From: Selaginella moellendorffii
Lineage: Eukaryota > Plantae > Lycopodiophyta
Assembly (NCBI RefSeq): GCF_000143415.4
Contig: NW_003314574.1
Location: 1 to 11,470 of the forward strand
DNA: 11,470 bases
Reading direction: 5' to 3'
Each line of letters starts with the position of its first letter. Positions within the stretch are counted from its first letter, which is position 1. Made by a program: the position numbers and the translations under genes. The notes under the pieces were generated by a model. That model was not told the origin of the DNA and made no database searches. It was given only the letters and a program-made list of their open reading frames with translations. This document shows positions 8,911-11,470 of the stretch, in pieces.

Positions 8911-8916
8911 GTATTC
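8911..8916. repeat. Right copy of 6-bp target-site duplication GTATTC
   Basis: Immediately follows the 3' LTR end; identical to 3902-3907. Confidence 0.9.
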
Positions 8917-9183
8917 TAATTAAGTTATCATTTGATCAACTAGAATTAATGTATAGGAACCATTAAAATCATTAAAGGTTAAAATTATAGTACTAACTAT
9001 CCAAAAAATTTCAATAGCAAGTATATTATCAAAAGAACTCAATGATAAAACTTAACTACCAATGATTGTAAATAACATGCTAAATAACTTACAAAAGACA
9101 GCTCAAAAAATACTGTATCATCAATTGACAAATAAAATACTCGCAAATATATCACTTGAAAGAAATAACAATCCCCACCTATT

Positions 9184-9388
9184 TGTGAGACACAAATTCT
9201 AGAGCCCCAAAAGTGGAGCCAAAAGGGTGCCACGTGGTAATGGCTGAAGTGGAAGCCAAACAAGAGTAACACATTTAGACTAAAAATGCTCGACTTGAAG
9301 TGCAACTCTCAATAAAGTGCTCAAAGAACAAACAATAAATGAGTCTTTAAAAAAGGGACACAAGAGGACCAACACATGGAAGTGTCGA
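9184..9388 (+). repeat. Truncated LTR fragment related to, and inverted relative to, 3320-3554
   Basis: Reverse complement aligns by eye to 3320-3554 (CTCGACACTTCCATGT, TAAAGACT, GAGCACTT, GTGTTAC, CCTTTTGGCTCCACTTT, TC[T/C]ACA); starts TGTGAGA. Confidence 0.8.
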
Positions 9389-9390
9389 GA

Positions 9391-9637
9391 TGTACATTAC
9401 ATGCCACTAAAGCACGGATGAAAAATCAATATAACATGAAATGTAATAAAGAGGTGATGACGGAGCTAGATATATTATTGCGAGATATAAATCCCTATGC
9501 TAAAGCCTTTAAGATGCTAAAAGACAGAGGAAGAAATACAAAATACAAATATGAAATCCAAGAATACATAATGTAGTTATGTGAATTAAAGGAGAGAATA
9601 CCATTGATCTGAGAAGGTATAATGCACCTATGTCAAT
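9391..9637 (+). mobile_element. Helitron RepHel N-terminal remnant
   Basis: ATKARMKNQYNMKCNKEVMTELDILLRDINPYAKAFKML and, after a frameshift, DLRRYNAPMS (9606-9635) resemble the L..LL...NPY...FK and D.RRYN.P motifs upstream of the Helitron Rep domain (from memory of the family). Confidence 0.7.
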
Positions 9638-10227
9638 AGTATTAAATCGATTCACAACAAGAATTTTCCACTGGTCCTGAAATCGAGTCTTATCGGCCTG
9701 GGCATGTATCAAAACCTTGTTTCCAGATCTAAGATGTGACTTTTTATTTGAAAGAAGTCCAATATACTGGAAAGAAAGAAACGAGCCCTGCCCTCGTGCA
9801 TATAATACTTTGTTTATGTTGCCGTTTTCACTGTGCTGGCCTTCTTTTCCGCAAGCCTCCAAACGCATTGGAGCCATGCTTACCATTTTCTTGCATAATT
9901 ACTGCTCGGTTTTCCTTGTCAGTGCTATGAACGTCGGCCTTGCCCTCGTCTTGCTTTGGAAATATGGCCATCTCGTCCGTCTCAGCCTGAGGCCTCTCAA
10001 CTCTGGCATATAAAGACTGTGACAGCGAATGCAGAATCGTTGCTCCAAGAGCTTGAAAGGCCGAGAAAGCAGGAATCGGATGCTTGAGCTAGAAAGGCAG
10101 GGACTTTGAGCTCGCTGGGCTCTTGCAAGAGAGCTCTCTGGCACTACTTTGTTTTGAGCTCCTGGGATTTTGGAGCTTCGATTGCTATGGAGGAGGCCTC
10201 AAGGGCAGAGGGAAGCGATAGGACAAT

Positions 10228-10296
10228 GTAAGTATACTCTCATTTGATCGGCTATCTCACGCTTCTTCTTCTTTTCTTTTTGCCTCTTTCTCGCAG
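10228..10296 (+). other. Spliceosomal intron (69 nt) in an unidentified gene fragment
   Basis: GTAAGT donor, long polypyrimidine tract, TCGCAG acceptor; flanking exon products not recognised. Confidence 0.55.
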
Positions 10297-10390
10297 GATG
10301 TCCAAGAGAGTCCCAGGCCAGGAAGGAGAATATTCTTGTCTTTTGTATTAAAGCGTAACACTTTTTATTAAAGTTAACTTATCTATCATG

Positions 10391-10436
10391 TTTGGGTTTA
10401 GGGTTTAACGGGCTAAAGGAATGGAAATTTAGGGTT
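10391..10436 (+). promoter_or_regulatory. Telo-box / telomere-like motifs upstream of ATG 10444
   Basis: TTTGGGTTTAGGGTTT (10391-10406) and TTTAGGGTT (10428-10436). Confidence 0.45.
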
Positions 10437-10936
10437 CCAGGCTATGGCGAGGCTGAGCACTGGCGTTACCACGCGCCAGTACGCTGAACGTATGCCGCGC
10501 ATCTCCGATACTCCTCTCTCAGCTCGGATTCTGGATTAGGGACTGCAGTGCCGCCGCTACAGCACAGGCGATTTCCATCCAGAGCGCGGAGGATTCCTGA
10601 TTGTCGAAATGCCGCAGCCTGTGCTGCTCAAGAGAAGCGATTTCCGCTGGAATTTTCCCAAGGAAATCGTTGTGGCGTATCCAATTCATCCCTCGCAACA
10701 TCTTCCAGGTGGAATTATGGAGTTCATGAATTTCTTTCCTTTGTAGCTCTGACAGTGGTGTGTTTCAATCAGCCAGGCAAACGAAATGCATTCTTACGGA
10801 GCCTGGAGTACTGTGGTTTGCGATCATCGGAATATGCAGGTAGATAGATACCTTTGAATGATTTCTAGAACTTGAGATCTAGACGATTGCATCGAAGAGT
10901 TTGGCAACCAGTAAAGTTCCTCGACTTTGGTTCCAG

Positions 10937-11302
10937 GTACTATTTAATCGAGCGTACCAAAGGATGCAAACATTGTCGGCATAACACTCGATGTTGGTCG
11001 GCATTTCTCTAACACCTGGACTTCCTCGCAGCCGGAGCTATACGGAATGTAAAGAAAATGGTGAAGAGCGCAAGAAAAAAGTCATACACTCTTGCCGTCG
11101 GGAAGCCAAATCCTGCAAAGCTTGCAAACATTCCTGAGGTAACTCTCTTGGAGTGGTGTGATGTGTTTGTCCTTGTAGCATGTCCACCGGCGTTACAGTT
11201 CTTTGATCTTGAAAACTGGGAACTCCGGCAGTATTGGAGGAAAAAGACGCACAATTTTACTCGCTCGACTCTAAGGAGAGAAACCAGGCTATCCTATGGC
11301 TG
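10937..11302 (+). pseudogene. DPH2: Diphthamide biosynthesis protein 2-like pseudogene fragment
   Basis: YYLIERT / KDANIVGITLDV (extra A at 10959-10961), 35-nt GT-AG intron 10997-11031, AGAIRNVKKMVKSARKKSYTLAVGKPNPAKLANIPE, CDVFVLVACP. Matches plant DPH2 as recalled (YYLVEKAKDANIIGILVGTLGVAG...KKSY..GRPNPAKLANFPECDVF). Similarity beyond 11186 is weak. Confidence 0.8.
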
Positions 11303-11352
11303 GTGAGTATGTTAGTTGTTACAGTCGCTCGTCGATTGTTCTTTTGATTCAG
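11303..11352 (+). other. Probable spliceosomal intron (50 nt)
   Basis: GTGAGT donor and TTCTTTTGATTCAG acceptor. Confidence 0.45.
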
Positions 11353-11470
11353 CTCGTGTTTCTCTATCCAGCAATTTATAGAATTCGCTTTGTTGTTGGA
11401 ACATTAATATCTGAGCGGGGTTACGGAAAAATTCAGGCTGCCTGCCGTCTGGGGGGGCGTTTCCCCCTCT

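Noticed and set aside
10165-10185. DFGAS peptide suggesting a protein kinase
   Set aside because: No HRD, APE or other kinase motifs nearby.
11417-11470. GC-rich end of window (GGGGTTACGG...GGGGGGGCGTTTCCCCC) as a transposon terminus
   Set aside because: Truncated by the window edge; no partner repeat visible.

Overview
Eukaryotic, almost certainly plant DNA (plant-type tRNA-iMet PBS, TTTAGGG telo-boxes, plant-like DPH2 remnant; the very short introns suggest a compact genome such as a lycophyte, which is inference). The window is a nest of transposable elements. The centre (3908-8910, + strand) is a structurally complete 5.0-kb Ty3/gypsy LTR retrotransposon with an unusual feature set: 175-bp LTRs (6 differences, all transitions), a 6-bp target-site duplication (GTATTC), a tRNA-Ala-type PBS inside a U5-leader stem, gag and pol in different frames joined by a G GGA AAC slippery site plus a clear H-type pseudoknot (-1 ribosomal frameshift), PR-RT-RH-INT order and no chromodomain. 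It is disabled by two C>T nonsense changes. To its left is an older, decayed minus-strand Ty3/gypsy element (integrase remnants, iMet PBS, ~1.3-kb LTR with a 12-bp tandem array). To its right are an inverted fragment of a related LTR, a Helitron RepHel-like remnant, unidentified intron-containing gene fragments and a deletion-riddled DPH2 pseudogene. I see no evidence of a wholly new gene system; the most novel-looking item is the central retrotransposon and its cis-acting RNA structures.
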